From contig NC_045696.1 in NCBI RefSeq assembly GCF_009834535.1, positions 7,318,001-7,382,000 of the forward strand: a DNA stretch of 64,000 nt, read 5' to 3'. The notes beneath the pieces are model-generated. The model saw only the letters and a program-made list of their open reading frames with translations. It was not told the origin of the DNA and did not search any database. Positions 12,440-25,800 of this stretch are shown piece after piece. Every line of letters begins with the position of its first letter. Position 1 is the stretch's first letter. Source of the stretch: Camelus ferus. Taxonomy: Eukaryota. A program made the position numbers and the translations under genes.

Positions 12440-12740
12440 ATATGTGAGGTCTGGAATCAAAATGGGTGTCTGCCTCTTAGTTACTACATGGTCTTCCAAT
12501 GCCTCAGTTTTTCCCTTTCAGAAGATGAGGAAATAATAATTATACTTAAAAGATTGTTATGAGGATGGAATAAATTAAAACATTTCAAGTGCTTAGAACA
12601 ATGCCTAGCAGTAAGCACAGTAAGTGCTTGATACACATATGAGCTGTTATGAGTGCTATCAACTTCCCTGTGACAAAGGTATTATGAAATCATTTTAGAG
12701 ATGAGGAAAGCTGAGGCTCAGAGAAGTGAAGCCAGGAAGC
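12440..12740. mobile_element. MIR fragments
   Basis: gcctcagtttt, gttatgaggat, gcttagaacaatgcctagca, cattttagagatgaggaaagctgaggctcagaga. Confidence 0.75.
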
Positions 12741-12753
12741 TAGTGTGACGGGA

Positions 12754-13680
12754 TTGTCATAGGTTGAGTTGCCAGGAGGCAGGTTCTGAGATGGAGATTA
12801 ACGTCCTGGAGGCATATTAGGGGGTGAGTAACAGGTGTGGAGGGGTGACGGCAAAGGAAGTAGGATTGGGTTGGGCAGAGGGAAAAGTTGAACTGTCATG
12901 CAATTACAACAAAGGCTCCCCATCCAGTGGAGCTTAGTGGCTTAAAACTTGTCCACAAATTTTTTGATGGTCCCTTCCTTTATGATTCCCCTTCCTTCCA
13001 GTGTGGACTGGATTTAGTGACTCTCTTCCAATGAAAAGGAGAAAAATGAATGTGAGAAGTCAGAGCCTCGGCCATACAAGGCACTGTCGCTCCCTGCTTG
13101 CTCTCCCTGGGGGATTGCCTGTTCTGGGAGCAGTTAGCTGCCTTGCTGTGAGGACGCCCAAGTAGCCTGTGGAGTGTCCCATGTGGTGAAGAGCCGAGGC
13201 CTCCGGCCAACAGCCACGTGAGGGAGCCACCTTGGATCCTCTAGCCCCAGTCAAGCCCACAGATGACTGTGGCCCTAATGTCTTGGCTGCAACTACCTGA
13301 GACCCTGAGCCAGAACAACCCAGCAAAGTTGCTCCTAAGTTCCTGCCTCAGTTTCAACTAGTAAGCATTGGGGTAATTTGTTATGCATGATAGATACTAA
13401 TATAGGGAGTTTTGGAGCTGGAATTTGGCCTTCAGAGTTGTCCTACACTGAGATGAAAGGAAGAGGTCTTTGTACCCTAAATTGATTAGTCATTAGATAT
13501 GGTCTGTCCCTCGACCCAGAAGGGATCATGACTTTGGTCAAAGCAATGTTCTTCAGCTGAGGGCAAGTTTTCAAGAGCAACTTAGCTGAGAGATGTTGAG
13601 ACCAATAATCTGAGCAGCTGAGGGAACATGTCCTTCAGTCCTCAAAGAAGGGTCTGGGGAGAGCATCACAGCATCCACTA
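12754..13680 (-). mobile_element. LTR40-like ERVL LTR, interrupted by an MLT1F-like LTR (about 12927-13404, +)
   Basis: gggcagagggaaaagttgaactg and ttcagagttgtcc (LTR40-like); gtccacaaattttttgat, cagccacgtgagggagccacctt, ggggtaatttgttatgca (MLT1F-like). Confidence 0.7.
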
Positions 13681-15589
13681 AAAGATATTTAGTGGGACGG
13701 CTCCTCTTGTCCCAGAATGGGCTGAAAACAACAGGCCTAATACCCCATCTTCTAACAAATGAGGTCTACAATTGGAGCCAGACACTTTTTTTCCCCAGGG
13801 CTCAAAAAAAACTGCAGACCTAGCTCTGCTTCCATGAAATATTTCTCAGTCCTCTCCTCTCAGTCTGTATGGAAGTCAGGGGAAGGAATGAAAGGAGGTA
13901 GTTGGCCTTGTGGAGAATACAGAGCTTCTGGCAGGAAGTGATGCTGTGGGGGAGACTGTAAGATAATTTCTCCTTGATATAAGTGGGGCCTCCTGGAAGG
14001 AGAGGCTGGTGTTCCATTCCCTACTTGCAACCTGTCTATTCAGCCTTCTTGCTGATTTATTTCTGACTATATTTCAGGAGGGAACAAGAAGAAGATTGAA
14101 GAGAGACAGCAGGACGGAGAGGACATGGCCATGGGGCACTCTCCAGGCCAGCCCTTTTGTGTAGCAAGGATGTGTATTTCTCAAGAGTCAAGTGGACTCT
14201 GTGGAAGATAAATGGTCTCAAGCTGTCTCACTGGCACACCCAGGAGACTGGGTGTACTGCTGGGTGCTGGCCATCAGGTGATGGAAAAGATCAAGCTGGA
14301 GGTAGATCTTCCATGGAAACACATGGAGAGGAGAAGGTCCATCAGGCCTTCCCATATGTGCCCTGTGCAAGGAGTTTCAAACAAAGGCCAGTAAACCGGA
14401 GAAGCAGGGATCAAATGAGAGATAACTCTAGCAGCGGTCAGTTAAGAGATACTTGCTTCAACACAGAAGCCTGGTCTTGAAGAGGACACTGAGGAAGTGT
14501 CTGAGAGCCAGAACCCCGACTTGCACCTTCATACCCGACTCAAGCCATGAGACTGACACTTTGACAGGGTCTGCTTTTTAGTAACTGAAATTGACCAAGT
14601 GTCACAGTAGCACCTAAGGTGTGGTTAAGGAAAAGATTCAAAAGAGCAGTGATTGGGAAAAAAAATGGACTATTCTTATGTTCCAAAGCCATCACACAGA
14701 GAGGTCTCAACCAACTGATTATACTGATTATTGCTGGAACTAAAGCTCTTCGTACCGCACCAGCATTCTAGAAAGATTGTGTACAACCTATACAGATGAG
14801 TGAAATACAGCTCACGTGTCCTCAGCGAACAAGAAATGTTCTGTCGTAAAGTAAGAATAAAGCAGGTGGATCCTTGTAAGGTGAATGCGGATCCTACTAA
14901 GGTGTTTCTTTCCCTGTTTCCCTGCATTGTCTATTGAGATTGACATTTCACCAATTGGAAATGATGGGAGAAGTCTGGTTGAGAGGGACCTACTTCGTGA
15001 ATTGCAAATAGACTAGCCTGTGATTACTAAGTTCCTAATGAATTGTTTTAGAATTGCTGAGTTTGAGTTGCCAGGAAGATATCCAGGACAGAGACGGAAG
15101 CCCCGAGGGCAGAGAGGAGCTGAAAACTGAGACCTGAATGTTGGGGAATATGATATGTATCAACCTTCAAAAGCAATCGTAGCTATAACACCATCACTGT
15201 TGTCCTATAAAATACCTTAAATTCTCAAGAGAGGCACTCGTGATACTAATTCGTGAAATCATTTCACAGAAAAGTTCTCATGTAATCCCAAAAGTAATGC
15301 ACTTTAAAAAACAAATATCTGAATCAAAGAATTTTTAAAAATCTCTTTACTCTATTGTCAGTTACCAAAACAATGAAAAATTTCCTCTCAGCTTATTGGA
15401 AAAGTCCTTGTTGAAAACACTGACAAGAGATTTTATTTCAATAAATGTCTTATGTTGTGCAGCACGGTACTGCTGCCCTGCCTGGAAGCAATCCTTCCAA
15501 AAAGCAATGTAATTCTGGTATCTCGTTTAGTCAGCTCTTGCTGGGAATAAGAAGAGAACTAGGCAGGTCCGTTTCAGCTTCGAGGTTTT

Positions 15590-16820
15590 CATTTCCACGT
15601 ACTGTCGGGACCCATGGCCCGCGAGCCGCGCCTTCCCAAGTTCTGCGCACGAATATGAATATTCAACACCCGGTTCCAGGGGGAGTACCCACAAGCCCCC
15701 GCGGCCCCGCAGGGCGGGGCGAGGTCACCCGCGCTCCGCGAGACCTTGGCCCCGCGCCCGGCGGCAGGGGCGGGGCAGCAGAGCCGCCCGCCAATCCGCG
15801 CTTTGCAGGCCGGGAGCGCGGGGCCGCGGAAGGGCAGAGAACACCGCCGAGCAGAGGACGGACACAAGCTCTCCGTCCTCAGAGTCCCCAGAAGGAAGCG
15901 GGGGAGGGCGAGAGACGACAAAAGGAAGGAGTCTGGGTGGGAATGTAGCCCCCACTTATCGCTGCCTTAAAGCGAACTCAATAACGCGACACCTAATAGC
16001 CTGTACGCGCCGCACAGCCTGACGGGAGCCTTAGCTTCTCTGCACAGGCTGCGCCCGCGACGCGCCCCTGGCGCCGCCCCCTACCGCGGGGCACGACGGG
16101 AGAGACGAGTTTCCCCCTCCCTCTAAGTCAACGGGCGAGAAGGAGGGAATTTCCGGCGTTTTGACCGTCTTACGGAAGGGGTGGGGTTAGCCCGGTCCCG
16201 CCCCTCACGTCCGGCGGGGGCGGGGCGAAGAGTGACAGCCCGTCTGCCCGCGCTAAGGCCCGCCCCTGCACCGGAAGGAGGAAGGAAGGGGAGTCGATCA
16301 CGCGGCTCGCGCAAGGTTACGTGACGCAACTTCCGACGGAGAGTAGAAGGGGGCGGGACCCTGGACGGAGGGGCGGAACGGGCCTTTTACCCCTCAGGGT
16401 CACGCGCGGCAGGAAGTGGCGCCCACGGCAGAGTATTCGAGATGGGGACCACCCTGGACATTAAGATTAAAAGAGCGAACAAGGTTTATCACGCCGGGGT
16501 AAGTGGTGGTGGGTGGACCTGCAGGTTTTGTTGTCTCCAAGGCTCCGCACACTTCTTGGTGTCCCTGGGAGGGGTAAGGCGCGCCTCCAGGCGCTTCCCA
16601 GCCAGGTGCATCGCCGCCAGGTACGTCTCGCTTTCGTGGCTGGCAGCTCTATAAGCGGCCCTTGCCGGAGTCATCGCCGGCTGGGGGGCATGCAGGGCCG
16701 AGGGGCTGGCGCCTTAAACCTCCAGCTCGGCCTTAGGCCCCCAGGCTTGAGCTGTTGCGGTGAGCACTGAGGGCGAAGGAGCTCTGTGACTACACGCTCC
16801 GTTCCCTCACTTCTAAGGTG
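15590..16820. promoter_or_regulatory. CpG island / TATA-less promoter of VPS26C
   Basis: Dense CpG and high GC spanning exon 1; several GGGGCGG GC boxes (about 15767, 16218, 16350, 16370), CCAAT near 15791, ETS cores ACTTCCG 16329-16335 and CAGGAAGTG 16410-16418. Confidence 0.92.
16442..16498 (+). CDS. VPS26C: VPS26C coding exon 1 ([19 protein letters not shown])
   Basis: ATG in strong Kozak context (gagATGG) inside the CpG island; donor GGG|gtaagt; phase 0. Confidence 0.97.
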
Positions 16821-19800
16821 AATGCAAAGTTCTAATGACAGAAAGGCGAAATTAACCTGGAAAGCAGAAATACGCACTTTAGGCCGTGGTCTGCTCTACC
16901 ACCATACAAAAGTTCCTCATTTTTCTGGTGGTGGAATTTTAATAACATAGAGGAGGAATAGCATATTAAAATGCAAGTGAAAAAAATCTTAATTATGCCA
17001 TTAACAAGTTCTGTGCCACTGGCTCTTAACCTCATTAGTTTCCTAATTTGCCAAGTGAGAATGCAAGGTTACTCTACCTCTAACACAGGGAATTTAAACC
17101 CTCACTGTACATCAAAATCAGTCACAATGGGGAATTTAAAACTATGATGGCTGGGGTCTCACCCCAAGAGACACCAGTGATGCTTATATGCAGCCGGAGT
17201 TGAAACAAAGCCAGGTCTCACACTCTGTGGAATGAAACTGAGAGTGGTGGTTAATCATGTAAATGCAGGGAGGTCTCAAAAGGGATGCTAAAACCTTTGG
17301 GTGCAAGATACTTGGGGAAACCTGATATTTACACAGATTCAAATAGTTATCTCCAGATTATTAATTACAGAGGGAAGAGGCTTTCTTTATAATGAAGGAA
17401 TCTGATCACCACCACCCTAACCAGCAGTGAATACCACCTTACCACCACCACTAAAAAGACATCATGTTCTGGCATGGAACACTGAGAAGGACACAACTCA
17501 ACTCTGTAGTATTCCTGCTGAAAATACTTACCTTAGCTCAGTTCATAAGGAACCAGTCAGGCATATTCAAATTGAGAAACATTCTGTGCAGTAATTGGCC
17601 TGGATTCTTCAAATATGAGAGTGTTATTAAAAAGACAGGAGAACTTATTTAGATTCAGGAGATAAAAGGGATGACAACTAAATACCATACATCATTTTTG
17701 ATAAATAAATTTGGACATGGGCTATATATTCAATAAGAGTTTTGTAATGGTATTAAAGTTCCCAAGTATGAGATTTGTATTTTCATTATGCTGAAGTATT
17801 TAGGAATAAAGTGTCATAATAACTACATTTTAAATGGTCCAGCCATAAATTCGTAAATTGTGTGTGTGCGCGCACCTGTGAGGAGAAAGAAAGCAAATGT
17901 GCCAAAATAGTAATTGGTGACTCTAGTCTGTATAGGTCTACTTTGTATTTTTTCTCTTCTGTTTTTTTAATAACAACTTTATTGAGATCTAATTACTATA
18001 AAATTCACCCTTTTAAAGTGTACAGTTCAGTGGTTTTAATATATTCAGAGTTGTAGAGCCATCACCATCATCTAATTTTAGAACATTTTTTATCACCCCC
18101 AAAATAAACCCTGTACCCCTTAGCATCATTTCTCATTCCCTCTCCCTCTTGGCCCCTGGCAATCACAGATCTACTTTATGTCTCTCTGGATTTGCCTAAT
18201 TAGGACATTTCATATAAATGGGATCATACAGTATGTGGCCTTTTGTGATAGGCTTCTTTCACTTAACATCATATTTTCAGTGTTCATGCATGTTGTAGCA
18301 TGTTTCAGTTTCTCCTTTGCTGAGTAGTATTCCTTTGTATGGATATGTTACATTTTGTTTATTCAGTCATCTGTTGATGGACATTTGGGTTGCCTCCATG
18401 TCTTGGCTATTGTGTATCATGCTGCTATGAACATTCTAGGGCAGGTTTTTATGTGAACATATGTTTTCATTTCTCCTGGATATATACCTAAGGGTGGATT
18501 TGCTGGCTGATATGGGAGCTTTATATTTAATTTTTTGAAGACCCACCAAACTGTTTCCCAAAGCATCTGCACAACTTTACACTCCATCAGCAGTGTATGA
18601 GGGTTCCAGTTTTTTCTCTACTTTGTGTTCTCATTACTTTTCTGTAGCTTGGAAAATAGCAAAATAAGAACCGGGGGAGGCAGTGACAGGCAATGTATAA
18701 ATTGAGTTTTAATACTTATTGTTTTCCTTCAAAGTCTGCATATTACATTCAGAGATATTACTCTAGCTGAGATGCTGAGGTGTTTTCTGTGGCTTAAAAT
18801 ATGGTACAAGTAATGAAAGGTACATTTTAAAAAGATGAAGAAATGAAATTTTCAGTTTGACCCAGCTGGAAATCCCAGGCTGGGACCACTCTTTGTGGGT
18901 GGTGAGGTTGCAGGTGGCGTCAGCTCTGCCCACCCCGTGCACATCCCTTCGTTCCAGTATTAGGAACAGAATCTGTGCTCATTGACTTGCGGCTGTGTTT
19001 CTCAACTATCAGGCATTTTTACACTTAATGCACTTTACACTACCTGCCTTTTAAAAGGAGGCCTTATATGACAATTGTAAAAGAAAAACCAGTATAATTT
19101 CTCATACATAGAGGGTTGCTCCTGTACAGCTGACCCTTGAACAACGTGAGGGTGCCCACTCCCGCGCAGTTGAAAATCTGCATATAACTTCTGACTTCCC
19201 TCAAGCTTTACTAATAGACTACTATTGGACTGGAAGCCTTACCAATAACATGGACAGTTAACACATATTTTGTACATTATAGGTATCACATACATTATTT
19301 TTATGATAAAGGAAGCTAGAGAAAAGGAAATGTAATTTAGGAAATCATAAGGAAGAGAAAATACATTTGCAGAGCACTCTTCTGTATCAGTTCTGTAGTT
19401 TATGTTGCCTGTTTATAAGATGAATTCTCTGTCAGTACCTACATCAATATTGTCTTCCATGATACAAAACACAGTGTAGATGCTGTATGCATTACTAACA
19501 CCAGACATCAAAATTCAAAAGATTATGTGAAAAAGAAATTTATATTTACAGGTATAATGATTCATACATTGATAAGGAAGAAGCAGCAATATGATAGCTT
19601 TATGATAGCCCAGTGTAATCAGTACGATTGCTTCACAGTAGCCTGGCCTATACACTAATGAATGAATCGTTGTAAAATTATTAAACTGTTATTGCATACA
19701 CTGTTTCAGTCATATTCACAATGTGGTATTGAAAATGTTTTACATTAAAAAAAAAGAAACCTGTGTTGATAGGTTGATAAACAATTTCTCCAATTATGAG

Positions 19801-22800
19801 AGAGGCATACTATATGGTAATGTAATTCCTTGAAAGCAAAGTTATAAAACAGTAAAAAAAAAAAAAAAAAAAAACTAACACGTCAATTTTATATTGTTAC
19901 CTTGTTCCTATGTAAGGGTAGAGAAGCATCCGTACAAATTTTATGCATTCATGACATAGCTAACTTTTTCTTCATTTTTTTTTTTTTTTGATACTCCTAG
20001 GCTATGTGGTTGGTCTTGCGAGTTTTTTCAAATTGTTGCAAATCTCCAAACATTTTTCCAGTATATTTTATTGAGGAGAAATCTGCAGTGGACCCACACA
20101 GTTCAAACCCTTGTTGCTCAAGTCTCAACTGTATTTTTTTTTTAATTTTGGGGGGGAGGAGGTAATTAGGTTTATTTATTTTTAGAGGAGGTACTGGTGG
20201 TTGAACCCAGGACCTTGTGCATGCTAAGCATGTGCTCTACCACTTGAGCTATACCCTACCCCCTTCAACTGTCTTTTTTTAAAATTGAAGTATAGTTAGT
20301 TACAATGTGTCAATCTCTGGTGTACTGCATAATGTCCCAGTCATACATATATAGACATATATTCATTTTCATATTCTTTTTCATTAAAGGTTATTACAAG
20401 ATACTGAATATAGTTCTCAACTGTATGTTTTTTAAAGCCAAAAATAAGAATTATGAAACCAATAAATCTAATCATTTGATAAAAAGATACACTGGTTGTG
20501 ATGTGCCATGACTTAAGTGTTAGTCCATCATCTGTGATTCAGGCCAGGTGGAGTAGGTGGCTGGCACTGTCAGGGCTGCTTCCTAAGACCCAGGGGACAG
20601 GACCCTGGCTGGCTGGCTGCTCGAAGAGGTCTCAGTGCCTGCAGACAGCCCATGTTTCAAGCCTAGTTTGCACCATGAAAATGTGAAGGGAGTCCTCTCT
20701 TCCTCACCCTCCCCTGTGGCTGCAGGTGGGACTAAAAAAAAAAGTTTTCAGTTTTCTCTGTACATCTCAACAGCATTGGTAAAGATTCAGTTCCTAAGGG
20801 GGAGGGTATAGCTTAGCAGTAGAGTGCATGCCTAGCATGCATGAAGTCCAGGGTTCAATCCCCAGTACCTCCATTAAAATAAATAAATAAACCTAATTCC
20901 GCACCCCTGAAAAAAAAAGAAAAAAAAAGATTCAATTGCTAAAGGTTTGACTCATCCATGGGTCTGCCAGAGCACAGCTCCTGTAATCCTCACGGTTTGC
21001 TTGAGGTGGCTGCCACCTCTTTTAGCCTGCTTCTTAGCTTGTAAGTGACTGTCATTCAAATGAAACATGTTTGTCCATGTCACGACAGTCTTATGTTCCA
21101 CTGGAAGCTCTTGGGAAACACTGGTGTTGGGTTTTGTGAGCCTGGCAGCATCACCCCCATTTTACTGATGGGAAAACTGAGGCCTGGACAAGTTAAGGAA
21201 TTTGCCCAAGATCACCCAACTAATGACAGCCTGGATTCCAACTCAGGTCAGTCAGATTGCAAAGCATGTGCAGCCAACAGTCTATTTTAACACCTCCCTA
21301 AAAGTCCCCATTCTTTTGGTGCAAAATGAGGAATTTTAAAGTGAGGATAATTATTAATTTCCTAGGAGTACTATGAATAACATTGTAATATTTCAATTAA
21401 AAAGTTGCTATGTCTTCCTCTCAGCAAATGTGCTGCTGATTCTTTTCCTTATCTTAGTTGTGAAATGGCTTTGATTCTGTGAACACCAGGGAACCTAAGT
21501 TATGTTTGGGTTTTAAATTGTCATTCGAGTTTTTTTTCTAGAAAAAGATGCTCATTGAAAAAATGATGGAGTTTTTTTTTCACAGTTGAATCATTAAAAA
21601 GAAAATAAACATAACATATGCCAAGTTAACAACTTAACATTTTACAGAAGGCTGGAAAGTGAAAAGTCAAGTTCTTCCTCTCTCTGGCCCCCTTTTGTGT
21701 CTGGAGGTATCCGCTGACAGTTTGTGTACTCTTCCAGACATTTTCAATGAGTAATATCTGCACATGTAACGTAGACACTCACACAAAACTTGTTCTTTTT
21801 GCTTAACAGTGTATCTTTATCTTGGATGCCTTTCAGTATCACCACAGCTTCATCCATCTCCTTTTTAGACTGTTACTTAAAACAAACATTCAGCCAATGT
21901 CTGTTGATCTCCTGAGGCTAACAGGTTTAGAGAGAGATGGGTAAAGTCATAAAGGTACCAATGTGCTCAAATGGGTGGGCGCATTTGTGCTGGGTGAGGA
22001 GTGCAGGGCAGGATGCAGTCGTTTTGGTGGACTGGGCCCTTGTGAAGGTGATGTTCCAACTTAGTTTTGAAAGCTAAGTACCTGGCCAGGGTCTCCATCC
22101 CCACCTGGCACCATTTGTTTCCATCAGGAGGAATAGCGTGAGCAAAGTGAGCAAGAACTAGTGGACATTGCGAAGCAGTCTGAGTGCAATAAATGGCTTC
22201 TTTTACTTTAGTCCCCACCTTTTAACAGTCATTCATTCTTACCTAATTTGATAGTAATTTTTTTTTACATTTCTTTATTGAGTTATAGGCATTTTACAAT
22301 GTGTCAATTTCCAGTATAGAGTGATAGTAATTTTTTAATTAAATTTTTTATTAAAGTATAGGTTGATTTACAATATTCTGTTAGTTTTAGGTGTACAACA
22401 AAGTGATTCAGTTATACATATTCTTTTCCAGAGTATTTTACATTATAGATTATTACAAGATAATATTGTTCCCTGTGCTGTACAGTAAATCCTTGTTGCT
22501 TATCTATTTTACATATAGTAGTTTGTATCTGTTAATCCGATACTCCTAATTTAGCCCTCCCCCTCTCCCCCTTTGGTAACTGTAAGTTTGTTTTCTGCCT
22601 ATGAGTCTGTTTCTATTTTGTATATAGATTCATTGTATTATTTCTTGGATTCCACATATAAGTGGTACATAATATTTGTCTTTGACTTACTTTACTTGGT
22701 ATGATAATCTCTAGGTCCATCCATGTTGCTGCAAATGGCAATATTTCATTCTTTTTTATGGCCGAGTAATATTCCATTAGACACCCCCACACAGACACCC

Positions 22801-25800
22801 CCCCATCATCTTCAACCAGTCATCTGTTGATGGTCATTTGTGTTGTTTCCATGTCTTGGCTACTGTAAATTGTGCTGCTGTGAACATTGGGGTGCACGTA
22901 TCTTTTCGAATTGGAGTTTTTGTCTTTTCTGGCTATATGCCCCAGAATGGGATTGCTGGATCATATGGTAGTTCTGTTTTTAATTATTGAGGAACATCCA
23001 TACTGTTTTCCATTGTGGCTGCACCAATTTACATTCTCAACAGCAGTGTAGGAGGGTTTCCCTTTCTCTACACCCTCTCCAGCACTTACTGTTTGTAGGC
23101 TTTTTGATGATGGCTATTTCTGCTTGGTGTGAGGTGATACCTCATTTTGATTTTCATTTGTATTTCTCTAATAATTAGCGGTGTTGAACATCTTTTCGTT
23201 TGCCTGTTGGCCATCTGTATGTCTTTGGAGAAATATCCATTTAGGTCTTCCTCCCCTTTTTGATTCTTTTTTTTTTTTTTTTTTTAGTATTGAGTTGTGT
23301 GAGCTGTTTGTATATTTTGGAAAGTAACCCTTTGCTGGTGGCATTGTTTGCAAATATTTTCCCCCATTCTGTAGGTTGTTTTTTCATTTTGTAATGGTTT
23401 CCTTTGTTGTGCAAAAGCGGTTAAGTTAGGTAGGTCCTGTTAGTTTATTTTTGCTTTAATTTCTTTTCCCTTGGGAGACTGACCTAAGAAAGTATTGCTA
23501 TGATTTATGTCTGAAAATGTATTGCTTGTGTTCTCTTCTAGGAGTTTTATGATGTCATGTCTTACATTTAGGTCTTTAGACCATTTTGAGTTTATTTTTG
23601 TATATGGTGTGAGGGAGTGTTCTAATTTCATTGATTTACGTGAGGCTGTCCAGCTTTCCCAACACCACTTGCTGAAAAGACTTTGGCGGTAATTTTTTAA
23701 AGTGACTTCACTATATTGTCTTTCCAGAATATTTTCTTTTCCTTGGGTTTATCCTGCTCTTTTCTTGCTTTTGTTTGTTTGTTTCTGTTTTTTAACTTCA
23801 TAAGTTGGCTATTTAGCTTATTAAATTGTAGCCTCCTTTAAAAAATGCAGACATCTTTCTCTAAGAACAACTTTAGCTACACCCCATAAGTTTTTTGTTT
23901 TTAATAGGTCGGTGAATTACTGTAAAGCAAACACCCTTGTAACCCCATCCAGGTCCTGCAGGAGAGGGGCAGGGGAAAAGAGACAGAGCGGGAGAGAGAG
24001 GGAGAGAGAATGGACAAAGTAGACTCACTCTGCCTACATCCTGGCAGAAGACACTGCTGCCAAGAAAGGTGCTGTGACTTCACGGTTTAACAACCTCACG
24101 TTCTGTGGGTGTGGGAAGACCTCAAAATAATGCTCTACTGCCCTGTCCCTCAAGATTTGATCTGTAGTATTTTTATAATTGTAAATTAAATATCTTCTAA
24201 TTTCCATTATGATCTTTGTCACATGAGTTATTTAGAAGTGTGTGCTTAATTTCTGTTATAAAAACTATTCTCATAGTCTTACAGTGATTCCCAAATTTAA
24301 TATTTCCATTTTAGAAAATTCCTTATGAGAAGTGTAACTGTAGCCAGAAAGTGAGATTGTGGTGGAGAAGAGGAATGTCAGGTCCTGTGGTCAGGAAAAG
24401 AAAGAATGACACGAGATTTTTTTCTATAATTCAGTAGTGACCAGTAAGTAACAGGCTACCAACACACTTCATATCTTCTGCTGTTATTGCACTGATTAAC
24501 CTCTGTTGTAATTAGTTTGTTCTCTGAGTCTGCCTAACTAAAATAATTTGTTTATATTTGTATTCCTAGGCCTTTCAGTACCTGCCACTTGGTGCTCAGA
24601 AACTATTAAATGATGTTTGAAGCCTTAAAACATAGGCTTTAAGGAAAATCATAAGACTAAGAGTTTTATGAATGCATTGATCAGAAAGGGAAAACTATTG
24701 TCTTATAGATATGTTATGAATTTTGCTTTGTAATTATTATTCTAGATAAAAATTCTAGACAGATGCTGGTAAGATTCTTATTTTGACATACCCCCATGTT
24801 ATACTTGAATACTCCTCCCTTACTTTTGCTTTAGGATGATCATTCTTAAGAGAATGGTTAAAATAGATATGGGAATGGGGACTTCAGAATTCCTGTAAAT
24901 AAGGTTCTCTTCTCTCTAACTCAGAAAGAGAAGATAATAGAAAATTGTCCAAAATGTGGATCCCCGGAGTCTTCGCCACAGTTTGCACAGCTCGGAGAGA
25001 GCAGACCTTCCTCAGAGCCATGCAGTGTTGCCGTGCCACCTTTTCCCCGGGATGCCTTCTCCTTGAGGCTAGAAGCTTAACTTGTGTTTCCAGAGCTCCA
25101 TGTATGATACAGGACAATCAGGAATGTGTAAAAAAATTCCCTAATTCCATGTTTCCAGTGAAAGTTTTAATATCCCATGAGAACACTCCACTGATACTGT
25201 TATTTATTTTTTAATTAATTAATTAATTATTTTTTTTAAGGAGGGAGGTAATTAGCTTTACTCGTTTATTTTACTTTAGAGGAGGTACCGGGGATTGAAC
25301 CTAGGACCTTGTGCATGCTGAGCATGCACCCTATCACTTGAGCTATACCCTCCCCTGCTTACTTATTTATTTTTAAATTGAAGTATAATCAGTTACAGTG
25401 TGTTAATTTCTGGTGTACTGCATAATGTCCCAGTCATGCACATATATGCATATATTCATTTTCACATTCTTTTTCATTAAAGGTTATTACAAGATACTAA
25501 ATATATAAATATAGTTCCCTGTGCTATACAGAAGAAATTTGGGTTTTTTTCCTGTTTTTATATATAGGAGTTAACATTTCCAAAATCTCAAAACTCCCAG
25601 ATCTCTTTCCCCCGTAACTGTAAGATTGTTTACTATGTCTGCGAGTCTGTTTCTTTGGAGATGAGTTCATTATGATATCGTTTTATAATAACATATGGTG
25701 CCAGTACAGCCCTTCCTGACTCACAGATGGCTTTAACCCTCACAAATACTGAAGAGATGGCATTTTCCTTCCCATTTTATGGTTGAGAAGACTGAGACTC

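Noticed and set aside
14236..14255. 8-bp hairpin with GAGA tetraloop
   Set aside because: Expected by chance in 64 kb; no supporting context.
15445..15970. 167-aa and overlapping ORFs upstream of exon 1
   Set aside because: Stop-poor CpG-island DNA gives Arg/Pro/Gly-rich ORFs in several frames; no coding signature.
18993..21123. Possible hAT/Charlie element enclosing the Tigger2 (ctgtgtttctcaa ... ttgggaaacactg)
   Set aside because: TIR match is only 11/13 and there is no 8-bp TSD; cannot be supported by eye.
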